Source: Ignavibacteriota bacterium
GTDB taxonomy: Bacteria > Bacteroidota > Ignavibacteria > UBA10030 > UBA6906
NCBI GenBank assembly: GCA_963801355.1
Contig: CAWDEM010000008.1
Location: 32,001 to 96,000 of the forward strand
Direction of reading: 5' to 3'
DNA length: 64,000 nucleotides
Shown: positions 18,305 through 28,272 of the stretch, piece after piece
How positions within the stretch are numbered: the first letter of the stretch is position 1
Layout: every line of letters begins with the position of its first letter
The notes under the pieces: model-generated
What the model was told of the DNA's origin: nothing
Databases searched by the model: none
What the model saw: the letters and a program-made list of their open reading frames with translations, nothing else
Program-made: the position numbers and the translations under genes

Positions 18305-19516
18305 ATGAAAAAATACTGGCTGGCCGGTTTTGGTCTATTATTCGCAACCATTTCTTCGGTTTCTATTGCGACGGATGAGCAACTAACCAATTTGCTTTCC
18401 CTGGAAGAAGGGACTCTTCCGGTAGTGGTACCAAAATCGTACGGCGGCTGGAATGCCGAGAATATGCTGGATAACGGTACAAAGTCGGGATGGGCCTGTG
18501 CGAAGGGAAATGTAAAGGATAATGTGTTTGTTTTTGAAATGACAGAGCCGGCGGTCTTGGAACGTTTTGAATTTGACAACTTCTCAGTGGACACTCAAGG
18601 CGCCGGCGCCAAAGATATTCTGGTGGAAGTTTCCAATACCTCCGAAACGGCCGGCTTTGCAAAAGTCTTAGAGACTGCCCTTGCGGATAAACGCGACGGC
18701 CAGAGCTTTCCGTCAGCCAAGGGACCGGCCTCGCGCTGGGTGCGGCTGACCATCAAGACCAATCAGGGAAGCACGACATACAGCGAGTTGTTTTCCTTCC
18801 GGGGATACGGCAAAAGGCCGTCTTTTTCCACTCCCGAAAATGTCTCGGGAACCTACTCCACCAACTATCGCAATTTTCATTTAAGGCAGCAGGGAACTGG
18901 CCTTACAGGATGCTATGAATTCAAGGAGGGGCTCCTGAACGGCGCTATCGAAGGCAGGGTCATGAAGCTCACCTGGCAGCAGAACAACGGAAACGGACCT
19001 GCTGTCATGGTCTTTTCCAAAGACGGCAAAACCTTTAAAGGATTCTGGTGGCACTCCGCCAGTGCAAAAAGCGCTCCGTCCGGCACCTGGACCGGCACGA
19101 AGATGTCGAATGATGTTGGAGGCTGCCCCCACTGGTCCGGTTCAGTAGGCAGTGAACTGAAAAAGAAGCTTCTGGACGAGAAAAGGGCCAGGGTCTATGG
19201 CATTCTCTTCGATACGGATTCTGACGTGATCAGGTCCGAATCCAGGCCAGTGCTGGAGGAAGTCTTGTCTGTTTTAAAGGGCGAGCCGGAATGGAAGCTT
19301 ACCATCGAAGGACATACGGACGCTGCAGGATCGGACACCCACAACCAGGCTCTTTCGCAGAAGCGGGCTGAGTCTGTTGCAGCTTATTTGAGATCAGGAG
19401 GTATCGATTCCGGAAGGCTCAATACCGTAGGCTTTGGGGAATCAAAACCCGTGGCCGACAATGACACCGAATTGGGGCGCGCACAGAACCGGCGTGTGGA
19501 ACTTGTCCGTAAATAG
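18305..19516 (+). CDS. OmpA-family peptidoglycan-binding protein with N-terminal discoidin/F5/8-like domain
   Basis: Signal peptide; C-terminal IEGHTD...NQALSQKRAESV...GFGESKP...NRRVE; N-terminal AENMLDNG...SGW...RWVRLTI. Confidence 0.88.
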   Translation: MKKYWLAGFGLLFATISSVSIATDEQLTNLLSLEEGTLPVVVPKSYGGWNAENMLDNGTKSGWACAKGNVKDNVFVFEMTEPAVLERFEFDNFSVDTQGAGAKDILVEVSNTSETAGFAKVLETALADKRDGQSFPSAKGPASRWVRLTIKTNQGSTTYSELFSFRGYGKRPSFSTPENVSGTYSTNYRNFHLRQQGTGLTGCYEFKEGLLNGAIEGRVMKLTWQQNNGNGPAVMVFSKDGKTFKGFWWHSASAKSAPSGTWTGTKMSNDVGGCPHWSGSVGSELKKKLLDEKRARVYGILFDTDSDVIRSESRPVLEEVLSVLKGEPEWKLTIEGHTDAAGSDTHNQALSQKRAESVAAYLRSGGIDSGRLNTVGFGESKPVADNDTELGRAQNRRVELVRK

Positions 19517-19617
19517 ATAGCCCTAATCGTGCTAAAGAATTAGATATGTTACATGTTCCCAAATTGTCCTTTGCAGGAGGATGAATCATTGCGATATTAT
19601 CCCTCCCAGGAGGACAA

Positions 19618-19824
19618 ATGAAGGAACGCGTGCTTCAGAAAATCGTGGATTCGCTTTCTGCGCCGATTCACGCCTTTACACGCCGGATGCCCCTCGCAAA
19701 ACCCCCTCTGGGCCAGAATGCCATCATGGGTCATCAGATGCGTGAGATGTTCTGTGCAAGGGAAGAAATAGTGGGGGAGAGTTCTCTACTCAACAAGAGA
19801 ATCCCGCACAGATATGTGACCTGA
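19618..19824 (+). CDS. Hypothetical small protein or gene remnant
   Basis: Strong AGGAGGA ribosome-binding site before the ATG; no recognisable motif. Confidence 0.3.
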   Translation: MKERVLQKIVDSLSAPIHAFTRRMPLAKPPLGQNAIMGHQMREMFCAREEIVGESSLLNKRIPHRYVT

Positions 19825-19838
19825 ATAGCCACAAGAGT

Positions 19839-19873
19839 TTGACATTCCTGAAAATCCGGGGTATCTTTTCAGG
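19839..19873 (+). promoter_or_regulatory. Sigma70-type promoter with an overlapping inverted-repeat operator, upstream of the M6 protease
   Basis: TTGACA-17 bp-TATCTT; CCTGAAAA (19847) and TTTTCAGG (19866) form an inverted repeat. Confidence 0.6.
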
Positions 19874-20210
19874 TAGGGGGGGATTTCTGTCCCCAGCCAC
19901 ACCCCTTCTCCAATTCCGATTGGTGTTTTCTGTCGCTGCCCAGTCCATGTGTCTTCGGCGGGGGATACATGTACGCCCACCAACAAATAGAGATCTACGA
20001 GTACGTTTCAGTCTCCGACCGGGGGTGACCCATGCCAACAGGTAGAGTAATCTGATTTGCAGGACTCCTCATAGAGGGAATCACCTCCCGGCCGGGATGC
20101 TTTGGATGGTCGAGTTGAATGGCTCAAGGCAGTGATCTGATTTATGGAGATAGTCATTGGATGCCATCCTCGGATACCGGGCTATTGTGTCAATCGAACG
20201 AAATCATTCG

Positions 20211-23200
20211 ATGAAACGCTTGCACTGCGCAATCACATCCTGCCTGCTGCTGTTGTGTGTATACACATGTCATGCTGTTTACCTAAGCAGGGTTCCAGTG
20301 ACTGTGCGGCAACCCGACGGCACAATCATACACTGCCTTGCTACAGGCGATGAGTTCCACAACTGGCTTCATGATGAGAACGACTACACCATCATGCAGG
20401 ATCACGCCACAGGTTACTATGTCTTTGCCACTCTTAAGCTCGGTCAACTCCGCCCTACCTCATTCTTGCCCGGCAGGGATGATCCCGCACGTGCAGGTTT
20501 GATGCCCGGCGTTAACATCTCATCCGACCAATGGGCACAGAAGCGAGCATCGATCCTCTCCGGGACTCCCCTGGATATTGGCATCGCCCCCACGACGGGC
20601 ACAATCAACAACATCGTGATCTTTGTCCGGTTCAGCGATGATGAAGAGTTTACCGGATCACCAGCTGTCTACAGTGACATGTTTAATGCTTCCGGGCAGG
20701 GCGTCAGTTCTCTGTACAACTACTTTCGTGAAGTGTCGTACGGGGCCCTGGAGGTGTTTTCGACGTTCTATCCGGCGTCGACCGGTGCCACTGTCCTGTC
20801 GTACCAGGATAGCGAGCCCCGCGCGTACTACGTGCCGTACAGCGCCACAAATACCCTCGGCTACACCAATGAACAGTGTTCCACTCGCCTACGAACGCTG
20901 TTGGCCCGGGCTGTCGGGGCGGTTGCCGCACAGGTTCCCAACAATCTCACAATCGATGCTGATAACAACGGGTACGTAGACAATGTCTGCTTCATCGTGA
21001 AGGGATCCCCCACCGCATGGGCGACGCTCCTCTGGCCACACACGGGTTGGCTGGGATCCTCGGGACTCGAGCTCGCGGGAAAGACGATTGCAGTCTACAA
21101 CTTGCAGATCGAATCAATGATGCGGGTCAGCGTTTTGTGTCATGAGATGATGCACACCCTCGGAGCGCCTGACCTCTATCACTACCATGCAGGCCTTGAC
21201 CCTGTGGGAGTCTGGGATATCATGGCGTCACCTGTCGACCCGCCACAACATCCCGCCACATTTCTGAAGTACGGCTATTTGAAGTGGATCTCCTCAATCC
21301 CAGAAATCACCACAAGTGGGCAGTATTCCCTTCGTCCCACCTCGAGCGCGTCGAACAACTGTTATCGTATTGCATCGCCAAACTCAGCGCGGGAGTATTT
21401 CGTTCTCGAATACAGACGCAAATCAGGCACGTTCGATCGCACTCTGCCCGGCGAAGGACTCATCGTGTATCGCATCAATCCCGTCACCATGGGAAACGCT
21501 TCAGGTCCACCGGATGAAGTCTACATTTACCGTCCTAACGGGACGTCTGCGAGCAATGGAGACCTTTCTCAGGCAAACTTCTCGTTCGAAACGGGGAGGA
21601 CCATCTTCAGCGATTCCACAAATCCAAGACCGTTTCTTGCAGACGGCGGAGAGGGGGGTCTATCTCTTTCAGGCATTGGCAATGCAGTGAGTACCATCTC
21701 ATTCAAATACCAGAAACCGGGCATTGCCACCATCACATCCGACAATATCGTTCTTGGTCAGCAAGGTACTCTCACTGTTACAGTTGTCTCCCCCCAAAGT
21801 GCCGAGTATGAAGTCGAGGTCCGAGACGAGAATGGGACAGCTGCCCCACCGTGGACATGGAATACCACAGTGACTCCTCCGGTCCAGGTGAGTGCAGGAA
21901 GACGCCAGGTGTTTACGTTTCTGGTGGAGCCAACATACAGCAGCGAAACATTTCAAATCTCGCTCCTGAAGCGCAACGTTGGTGGCGCTTGGGGAACGTT
22001 TGCAACACAACAAGTAACGCTTAGCGCAACTGGAGGAGGGAAAGCGAGCATCGTCATTGCCACCGCAAATGCCGAAGGTTGGTCCGACCCTTCAGACGGG
22101 GCAACAGTGAACCTTTTTGACAGCGCGGGAGCACAGATTGCCTCGGCAAAAACAAACAGTTCAGGGGTCGCAGGCTTTGCAGATATCCCCTCCGGTGCCG
22201 AGTATTCATACAATGTCGTCTGTCAGAGCCTGCTCTTTGGTGATCAGTACTGGGGTTCAAAAGGAGGGGTCAGCACTGTGGCAAATACGACGACATATAT
22301 ATCCTTTGTCCGCAATGCACCGTATGCCCCTCTGATCAACGTCTACGATGACAGTACCAACGCGGAGGTCACCGGCGACAGTGTCCTCGCGGGGACGAAA
22401 ATCCGCGTAGAACTGACTGTGAAGAATCCAAACAACCCTGGAGCCATTTCAGCAAGTTCCCGGGCACGTCTCATTGTCGATCGATACAAAAGCCCCCCCT
22501 ATGATTTTGAAGACATAAGCTCCTATCAATCATATGATGTCGGGCAGATCCGCAAAATCAGCTTCACTGTGAAACCTACAATCGAGGGTCAGTACTATTA
22601 CGCCGAAGAGGTGTTCTCTGAAATCGGTGGCATCGAAACGAAAACGGACGGCAGTTACTGGGGGTATCTCCTGTGGGTACAGGGCAAAGGCCCCGGGACT
22701 GGTGATTTGAGCATCACAGTCTCCAATGCAGAGGGATGGGGTGATTTTGGCAGCGGAGCAGTTGTGGAGCTGTACGATGCGGCTGGCGCCCTGATTGCCA
22801 CCCAGACGACTGATGCTTCGAGCATGGTCATGTTTTCTGGCATTCCTTCAACGACAATGTATTGTTACAAGGTTGCGGTTCCCGCGGTTTCCGGTACCCC
22901 CTGGACAACGTACCACTACTGGGGTACGAAGTCTGGCATCGCTGTTACGGCGGGAGAGACGACCATGGATTACTTCACGCGCAATGCGCCATATGCTCCT
23001 GAGATCACTGCCTACAATAATGCAACGAATGTCGTGCTCGAGAATGGCACCGTGTTCACTGGTACCACGATTCGCGTCGAACTTGCCATAAAGAATCCGA
23101 CCTATGAAGGGGCAACCGCACAAATGGCAGCGGGGCGGGTGATTCTGGACCGCGATAGATCCTCTGGGTACGATTTTGACCAGACAGCCGAGAACCAGTC

Positions 23201-24848
23201 ATACGCGATTGGCGAATCGCGCAATGTTCCATTTTACTATACACCATCTGATACCGGAACATATTATTACACCGAGTGTGTGATCGGGCTCGAAGCGCTC
23301 ACAGACGGTAGCGGTTGGGGTAGACCACTTTTCACAGCTGTCCTTGGGGATGTTGTGGCACCTGGTGTGCCGGCTAACATTGCGGCAACTCCCTCGGGGT
23401 GGCAGAATAGCTCGAGTTTCTCTCTTGATTGGACGAGTCCAACTGACCCGAGCGGCATTGCAGCAGCATGGTACAAAGTTGGTTCTGCGCCCGCGACTTC
23501 GGCGGACGGTATCCGGTCAACAAGCAAACCCATGCCTGTCGCGGCGACTGCCGAGGGGGGACAGCCGGTGTATGTCTGGTTGGAAGATGGCGTGGGCAAC
23601 AAGGACCATACGGCCAGGGGAATGACGACGATGTACTATGATGCAACCGCACCCACGGGTGGCACGATCGCAGTCAATTCTGGTGCGGCCACGACATCAT
23701 CACTGGCGGTGACACTGAATACGTTAGGGGCGACTGATGCCGGCGGAAGCGGGGTCTCGCATATGCGATTAAGTAATGACAACAGTACATGGTCTACCTG
23801 GGAAGTACTAGCGTCAACAAGGACAGGCTGGAATCTGTCATTGTACGGGGGTACGTCAAATGAGGGGATGAAGACAGTACATGTACAGTACCGCGACAAC
23901 GCGGGGAATACTTCAGTCAGTTACAGTGACGGGATAACCTACCAAGGCGCAGACCTATCGGCGCCGGGAGTGCCCGCGAGCATGACAGCGACTCCTTCCA
24001 GCTGGACGAATGTCAATCAGTTCTCCATCAATTGGGTGAATCCGAGTGATCCATCGGGGATTGCCGCTGCGTGGTACAAGCAGGGGATGGCGCCGACATC
24101 CAGCACTGACGGAATCCGAAAGACTGAGAAGCCCTTGGTCGTACCCGCGACCGCACAGGGAGGTCAACAGCTACACCTGTGGCTAGAGGATGGTTCCAGC
24201 AACAAAGACCACGCAAACAAGGCAACAGTCCAGCTATTCTTTGACGAGACTCCTCCCAGCGAAGGGACAATATCCATTAACAGCGGAGCAATGACAACCT
24301 CATCGCCGATTGTCAGTCTCAACGGCTTGGGAGCGTCTGACGCTGGTGGGAGCGGTGTGTTCCAGATGCGATTCAGCAACGATACATTCGCTTGGTCTTC
24401 ATGGGCAGACTATGCAGTCTCAAAAAGCGGGTGGGATCTCACAGCTGACGGTGGGGGGACTGCAGGCGGGGAAAAGAGAGTGTATGCACAATACCGGGAT
24501 GCAGCAGGCAATGCGTCTGTCGCCGCAAATGACAAGATCGTGTACGTGACGACCTCGGTAGAACTCTGGGGGACTGGAGTGCCTGATCAGTTTGCGCTCC
24601 ACCAGAACTTTCCCAACCCCTTCAATCCGACGACAGTGATCCGTCTTGACATTCCGGTAATAACGGAGGTGTCACTCATAGTAGTGAATATGCTCGGGCA
24701 GGAAGTTGCGGTTTTGGCATCCGGACAGATGCAGCCGGGTTCGTACGGCCTGCAGTTTGATGCAGGTGATCTCCCGAGTGGAATCTACCTCTATCGTTTG
24801 CGTGCGGGAGATTTTGTCGAGACGCGCAGGCTTGTCTTGCTGCGATAG
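20211..24848 (+). CDS. M6-family (immune inhibitor A-like) metalloprotease with repeated beta-domains and T9SS C-terminal domain
   Basis: QPDG...GDEFHNWL prodomain; HEMMHTLGAPDLY; WDIMA; two pairs of internal repeats; QNFPNPFNP CTD. Confidence 0.9.
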   Translation: MKRLHCAITSCLLLLCVYTCHAVYLSRVPVTVRQPDGTIIHCLATGDEFHNWLHDENDYTIMQDHATGYYVFATLKLGQLRPTSFLPGRDDPARAGLMPGVNISSDQWAQKRASILSGTPLDIGIAPTTGTINNIVIFVRFSDDEEFTGSPAVYSDMFNASGQGVSSLYNYFREVSYGALEVFSTFYPASTGATVLSYQDSEPRAYYVPYSATNTLGYTNEQCSTRLRTLLARAVGAVAAQVPNNLTIDADNNGYVDNVCFIVKGSPTAWATLLWPHTGWLGSSGLELAGKTIAVYNLQIESMMRVSVLCHEMMHTLGAPDLYHYHAGLDPVGVWDIMASPVDPPQHPATFLKYGYLKWISSIPEITTSGQYSLRPTSSASNNCYRIASPNSAREYFVLEYRRKSGTFDRTLPGEGLIVYRINPVTMGNASGPPDEVYIYRPNGTSASNGDLSQANFSFETGRTIFSDSTNPRPFLADGGEGGLSLSGIGNAVSTISFKYQKPGIATITSDNIVLGQQGTLTVTVVSPQSAEYEVEVRDENGTAAPPWTWNTTVTPPVQVSAGRRQVFTFLVEPTYSSETFQISLLKRNVGGAWGTFATQQVTLSATGGGKASIVIATANAEGWSDPSDGATVNLFDSAGAQIASAKTNSSGVAGFADIPSGAEYSYNVVCQSLLFGDQYWGSKGGVSTVANTTTYISFVRNAPYAPLINVYDDSTNAEVTGDSVLAGTKIRVELTVKNPNNPGAISASSRARLIVDRYKSPPYDFEDISSYQSYDVGQIRKISFTVKPTIEGQYYYAEEVFSEIGGIETKTDGSYWGYLLWVQGKGPGTGDLSITVSNAEGWGDFGSGAVVELYDAAGALIATQTTDASSMVMFSGIPSTTMYCYKVAVPAVSGTPWTTYHYWGTKSGIAVTAGETTMDYFTRNAPYAPEITAYNNATNVVLENGTVFTGTTIRVELAIKNPTYEGATAQMAAGRVILDRDRSSGYDFDQTAENQSYAIGESRNVPFYYTPSDTGTYYYTECVIGLEALTDGSGWGRPLFTAVLGDVVAPGVPANIAATPSGWQNSSSFSLDWTSPTDPSGIAAAWYKVGSAPATSADGIRSTSKPMPVAATAEGGQPVYVWLEDGVGNKDHTARGMTTMYYDATAPTGGTIAVNSGAATTSSLAVTLNTLGATDAGGSGVSHMRLSNDNSTWSTWEVLASTRTGWNLSLYGGTSNEGMKTVHVQYRDNAGNTSVSYSDGITYQGADLSAPGVPASMTATPSSWTNVNQFSINWVNPSDPSGIAAAWYKQGMAPTSSTDGIRKTEKPLVVPATAQGGQQLHLWLEDGSSNKDHANKATVQLFFDETPPSEGTISINSGAMTTSSPIVSLNGLGASDAGGSGVFQMRFSNDTFAWSSWADYAVSKSGWDLTADGGGTAGGEKRVYAQYRDAAGNASVAANDKIVYVTTSVELWGTGVPDQFALHQNFPNPFNPTTVIRLDIPVITEVSLIVVNMLGQEVAVLASGQMQPGSYGLQFDAGDLPSGIYLYRLRAGDFVETRRLVLLR

Positions 24849-24920
24849 TCGGGATAGGTCGGGAGATGAAGGATCAAAGGCAAGGTTGGTTGTGCCACCA
24901 TTAAAGAGGAGACTCCGGAA

Positions 24921-26807
24921 ATGGTTGATAGACGCTCCTTCTTGAAATCGCTTGCTGCAGGCGGGGCAGTACTCGCGCTTGACCCGGCTGAACTGCTTGC
25001 CTCCGGGCGGAATCTCCTCTCGACGTATTTTGGCGTCCATGCGTTTGTGGAATCCCATCCGGACGCGGTTTTCATCATGCGCACGAACGTGGACGCCAAG
25101 ACGAATTCCGCGGCCGTGCTCCAGGCCGGTCTTGCATTCGGCTCCTCGGTGTTTGTGCCAATGGATACTCCCGGAGTTCCGATTGCGCATCGTGTCGCGA
25201 TTAAGCCAAACATCGTCATGATGCCGGCCGAGGAGGTGCAGTACATGGGGATTGTCACCGACCCCTATTTTGTCGAAGGAGTGATCCAGAGTCTCAAACT
25301 CGTCGGGATTCAATCGAATCAGTTCTACATTCGCGAGGTGAATAACCCGGATGCATTCGCCAAGAGCGGCTACTCGCAGATGGCCGCACGCACGGGTGCT
25401 GATTTGCGCGACCTGGACGATCCGGTGGGTGTAATCTCGGAGAGCGACCTTCAATGGGTGGATGTGCCAAACGGGAAATGGTTCAAGAGGATTCCATTTC
25501 TCTGGCCCGTCAATGATCCCAATACGTGGCTGCTGAACATCAGCAAGTTCAAGACACATTTGATGGGGATGAGCCTCTGTGCGAAGAACATTCAGGGTGC
25601 AATTGCGGCCCCTTATCAGGCGCACTGCACGGCATACAACTCCGCCTGGGCTATCGATCCTGCAAATGTTCAACCGGACGCAAAAGCCCATATCTGGGAT
25701 GACTATCAACGCCACGTGGCTGCCGGCATCCCGCGATGGGACAGGCCGGGCGAAGAGGGTGGAGTCTGGCAGGAGATCTGGGCGGCGCGCTGTCTTGACA
25801 ACAACTCCATCACGCATCCCGGGCTCCATGTCATCGAGGGCGTGTATGGTCGCGAGGGTGCTTTCTGGTACGGGCCGGGGCCGGATGGTGAGGGGATTGA
25901 CCACCTGACAAACATGATCATCTTCGGCAAAAACCCGTTCCATGTCGACAATATCGGCATTTGGCTCGGTGGTCACGAACCAGGGAACTTTGGATTCCTC
26001 CACCTGGCAATTGAACGAGGACAGGCATCCATTCTGAATCCGCATGACATTCAACTATACGAATGGTTTCCGGATGGAACATATTTGTCTACACATTTGG
26101 ACAATTTCACCCGCGCAAGTCTCCGCACAAATTACCTCCGGCGCGATTACGGTGGTCAAGTCGAAGACGAGTGGCACCTCGTGAATGAGCCGTATACTTA
26201 CGAGCCTGTCCCGGTGCAGCTTATCAGTTTCGCCGGGTCGATTGACCAACAGACGGGGTATGTCACGCTGAGATGGTCCACGGCCTCGGAAACGAACAAC
26301 TACGGCTTTGAAGTCCAGAAAGCTGCCACAAATAACGGACCGGCGTATGAGACTATTGCGAACAGTTTCGTCGCCGGACACGGAACTACGATTAAGCCTC
26401 ACGTCTATTCATTCACGGATGTAACCGCAGTCCAGGGGTCATGGTACTATCGTCTGAAGCAAATCGACCTGGACGGGATAGTACACTTCACTGAAGGGGT
26501 CCGTCCGACCTACGCAATGTCAGTTGACGGCCAACCGCTTCCGGCGGCGTACTCCCTGGACCAGAATTACCCAAACCCCTACAACCCGTCGACGACGATC
26601 CGATATGGCTTGCCTGAGCGATCGAAGGTAACCCTGACCGTCTACGGCGCTCTGGGTCAACAGGTGGCGGTTCTCCAAAACGGAGAACAGGAAGCGGGGT
26701 ATCACGAGGTGAAGTTCGACGGCAAGAATCTCTCTAGCGGACTGTACTTCTATCGATTGCAGGCGGGGGACTTCGTGGAGACCAAGCGGCTTCTGCTTCT
26801 CCGCTAG
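24921..26807 (+). CDS. DUF362-like protein with a Tat signal and T9SS C-terminal domain
   Basis: DRRSFLK twin-arginine motif; VAIKPNIV, ISKFKTH, SLCAKNIQG; WSTASETNNYGFEV...YYRLKQIDLDG domain; QNYPNPYNP. Confidence 0.82.
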   Translation: MVDRRSFLKSLAAGGAVLALDPAELLASGRNLLSTYFGVHAFVESHPDAVFIMRTNVDAKTNSAAVLQAGLAFGSSVFVPMDTPGVPIAHRVAIKPNIVMMPAEEVQYMGIVTDPYFVEGVIQSLKLVGIQSNQFYIREVNNPDAFAKSGYSQMAARTGADLRDLDDPVGVISESDLQWVDVPNGKWFKRIPFLWPVNDPNTWLLNISKFKTHLMGMSLCAKNIQGAIAAPYQAHCTAYNSAWAIDPANVQPDAKAHIWDDYQRHVAAGIPRWDRPGEEGGVWQEIWAARCLDNNSITHPGLHVIEGVYGREGAFWYGPGPDGEGIDHLTNMIIFGKNPFHVDNIGIWLGGHEPGNFGFLHLAIERGQASILNPHDIQLYEWFPDGTYLSTHLDNFTRASLRTNYLRRDYGGQVEDEWHLVNEPYTYEPVPVQLISFAGSIDQQTGYVTLRWSTASETNNYGFEVQKAATNNGPAYETIANSFVAGHGTTIKPHVYSFTDVTAVQGSWYYRLKQIDLDGIVHFTEGVRPTYAMSVDGQPLPAAYSLDQNYPNPYNPSTTIRYGLPERSKVTLTVYGALGQQVAVLQNGEQEAGYHEVKFDGKNLSSGLYFYRLQAGDFVETKRLLLLR

Positions 26808-26852
26808 AGATAAGCAACACGACATCAAGGTTCGGCTTCATCTGCAAGATCG

Positions 26853-27316
26853 AGAGTGATTTGTGAAAAATGTCTTCCATTGCTGACGGATTGTCGTTTG
26901 TCATGGGTCTGATGAAGTTTTGTTGCGCCAGCGAGATCCTCGGTCTGCCGGGTTCTGATCGGCTCTTCCACCTCTAGCACAATCTGAATCCTTGTCGGTG
27001 CCACCGGATGACTGTTTAGGGCTTGAGGACGAGAACTGTCTCTTTTCAAGAGTTGAATGACTCGGTCATGACCCTGAAGAAGAACCTATCGGAAGACCGC
27101 AGTCGGAATGTCGAGGCCGTGCGAGCGAGTATCTCCAACTGCTCTCGGAGAAAGATGTCTCGAGTCGGACTTGAGATGTTGATGTGAATAGCGAAGGACA
27201 AAGAGAGGAAGGATCTGATCATCGAGGCTGCTTGTCCTGTCCACTGAACCAGAACAAAGTAGCGATTCGAGTTTGGATTCGCTATCTTGCTCGCGGATGG
27301 AATTTTGAAGAGGACA
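26853..27316 (-). pseudogene. Degraded integrase-core element: terminus plus N-terminal coding fragments
   Basis: TGTCCTCTTCAAAATTCCATCC end, then LREQLEILAR...RSSDRFFF...LVLKP*TVIRWHRQGFRLC*RWKSRSEPGRP and QQWKTFFTNH. Confidence 0.78.
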
Positions 27317-27352
27317 ACCAGACCGATAGACGCATTTTCAAAAAGGGATACT

Positions 27353-28075
27353 ATGAAGAAGGTTTGTATCATTGGTGCGTCCGGGAAACTCGGACAGTAT
27401 ATGGTGCAGCACTCGCTGGATCTGGGCTACGAAGTTGTTGGAGTGTGTCGGGAGCGCAGCGTAGGCAAGCTTGAAAGGTTCAAGGGACGTATCACCGTCA
27501 ATCCTGGCGCAACGAACGACCGCGAGGTTATCAAGAAAGCGGTTGCAGGGTGCGAGGGGGTACTCACCGTGCTGTTCCCGTGGGGGGTACAACAGTATTC
27601 GACCGGAACAGCGCAGGCTGTGCTCGACTACGCGCCCCCGGGTGCGCGCCTTGTGTTCTCGTGCGGCTGGCATATCACGCGCGACGGCAAGGATGTGTAC
27701 TCGCGGACGTTCAAGGCGGCCGTGAAGGCCTTCGGCTGGTTCGTGCGACTCGCTCGCTTTGCGGACCTTGACGACCAGGTGGAAGCATGCCGGCGGGTGT
27801 TTGCCAGCAACACACGGTGGACTGTCGTGCGCGGAAGCGGCTTAGAAGAGGGCGAGAGTCAGGGCTTGCCCGTTTGGAGTCGGCACGTCGGTGACCCCAT
27901 CCTCAAAAGCAATATCACGCGCCGTGTAGACTTTGCCCTGTTCATGGTAAAGGCCCTCGAGAATGACAAGCTAATCCACGAGGCCCCGGCAATTGTCGGC
28001 TGCCGAACGCCCTCGGCACTTGCGCACGCAGCTGCTGTCGAGCCAAAGGGTTGCGAACAGCGTATGCAGCGCTGA
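27353..28075 (+). CDS. NAD(P)-binding oxidoreductase (atypical SDR / biliverdin reductase B-like)
   Basis: MKKVCIIGASGKLG Rossmann motif; WTVVR and ITRRVDFA. Confidence 0.85.
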   Translation: MKKVCIIGASGKLGQYMVQHSLDLGYEVVGVCRERSVGKLERFKGRITVNPGATNDREVIKKAVAGCEGVLTVLFPWGVQQYSTGTAQAVLDYAPPGARLVFSCGWHITRDGKDVYSRTFKAAVKAFGWFVRLARFADLDDQVEACRRVFASNTRWTVVRGSGLEEGESQGLPVWSRHVGDPILKSNITRRVDFALFMVKALENDKLIHEAPAIVGCRTPSALAHAAAVEPKGCEQRMQR

Positions 28076-28272
28076 AAGTAAAATCCACAAAGGGTACCTG
28101 CAGCTAACAATTGAGCGTACCATTGCGTGCCTGCCCATGAAGTAGAAGGAATCTGCGCATGTGATACCTGGATGACGGGCAGCGGGACGACGGGGTCTGC
28201 GACACATCGCTGGATTGGCAAAGGTTTGTTACTGCATCACTCACAATCTATCCGTATAGAAGGAGGCTCCCA

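Noticed and set aside
24672-26054. 460-aa antisense ORF
   Set aside because: It is the shadow of the DUF362 gene and has no motifs or ribosome-binding site.
27038-27056. TGTCTCTTTTCAAGAG as a left inverted repeat forming a MITE with 27316
   Set aside because: It lies within the continuing pseudogene reading (FNS*KETVLVLKP), so it is better explained as coding sequence.
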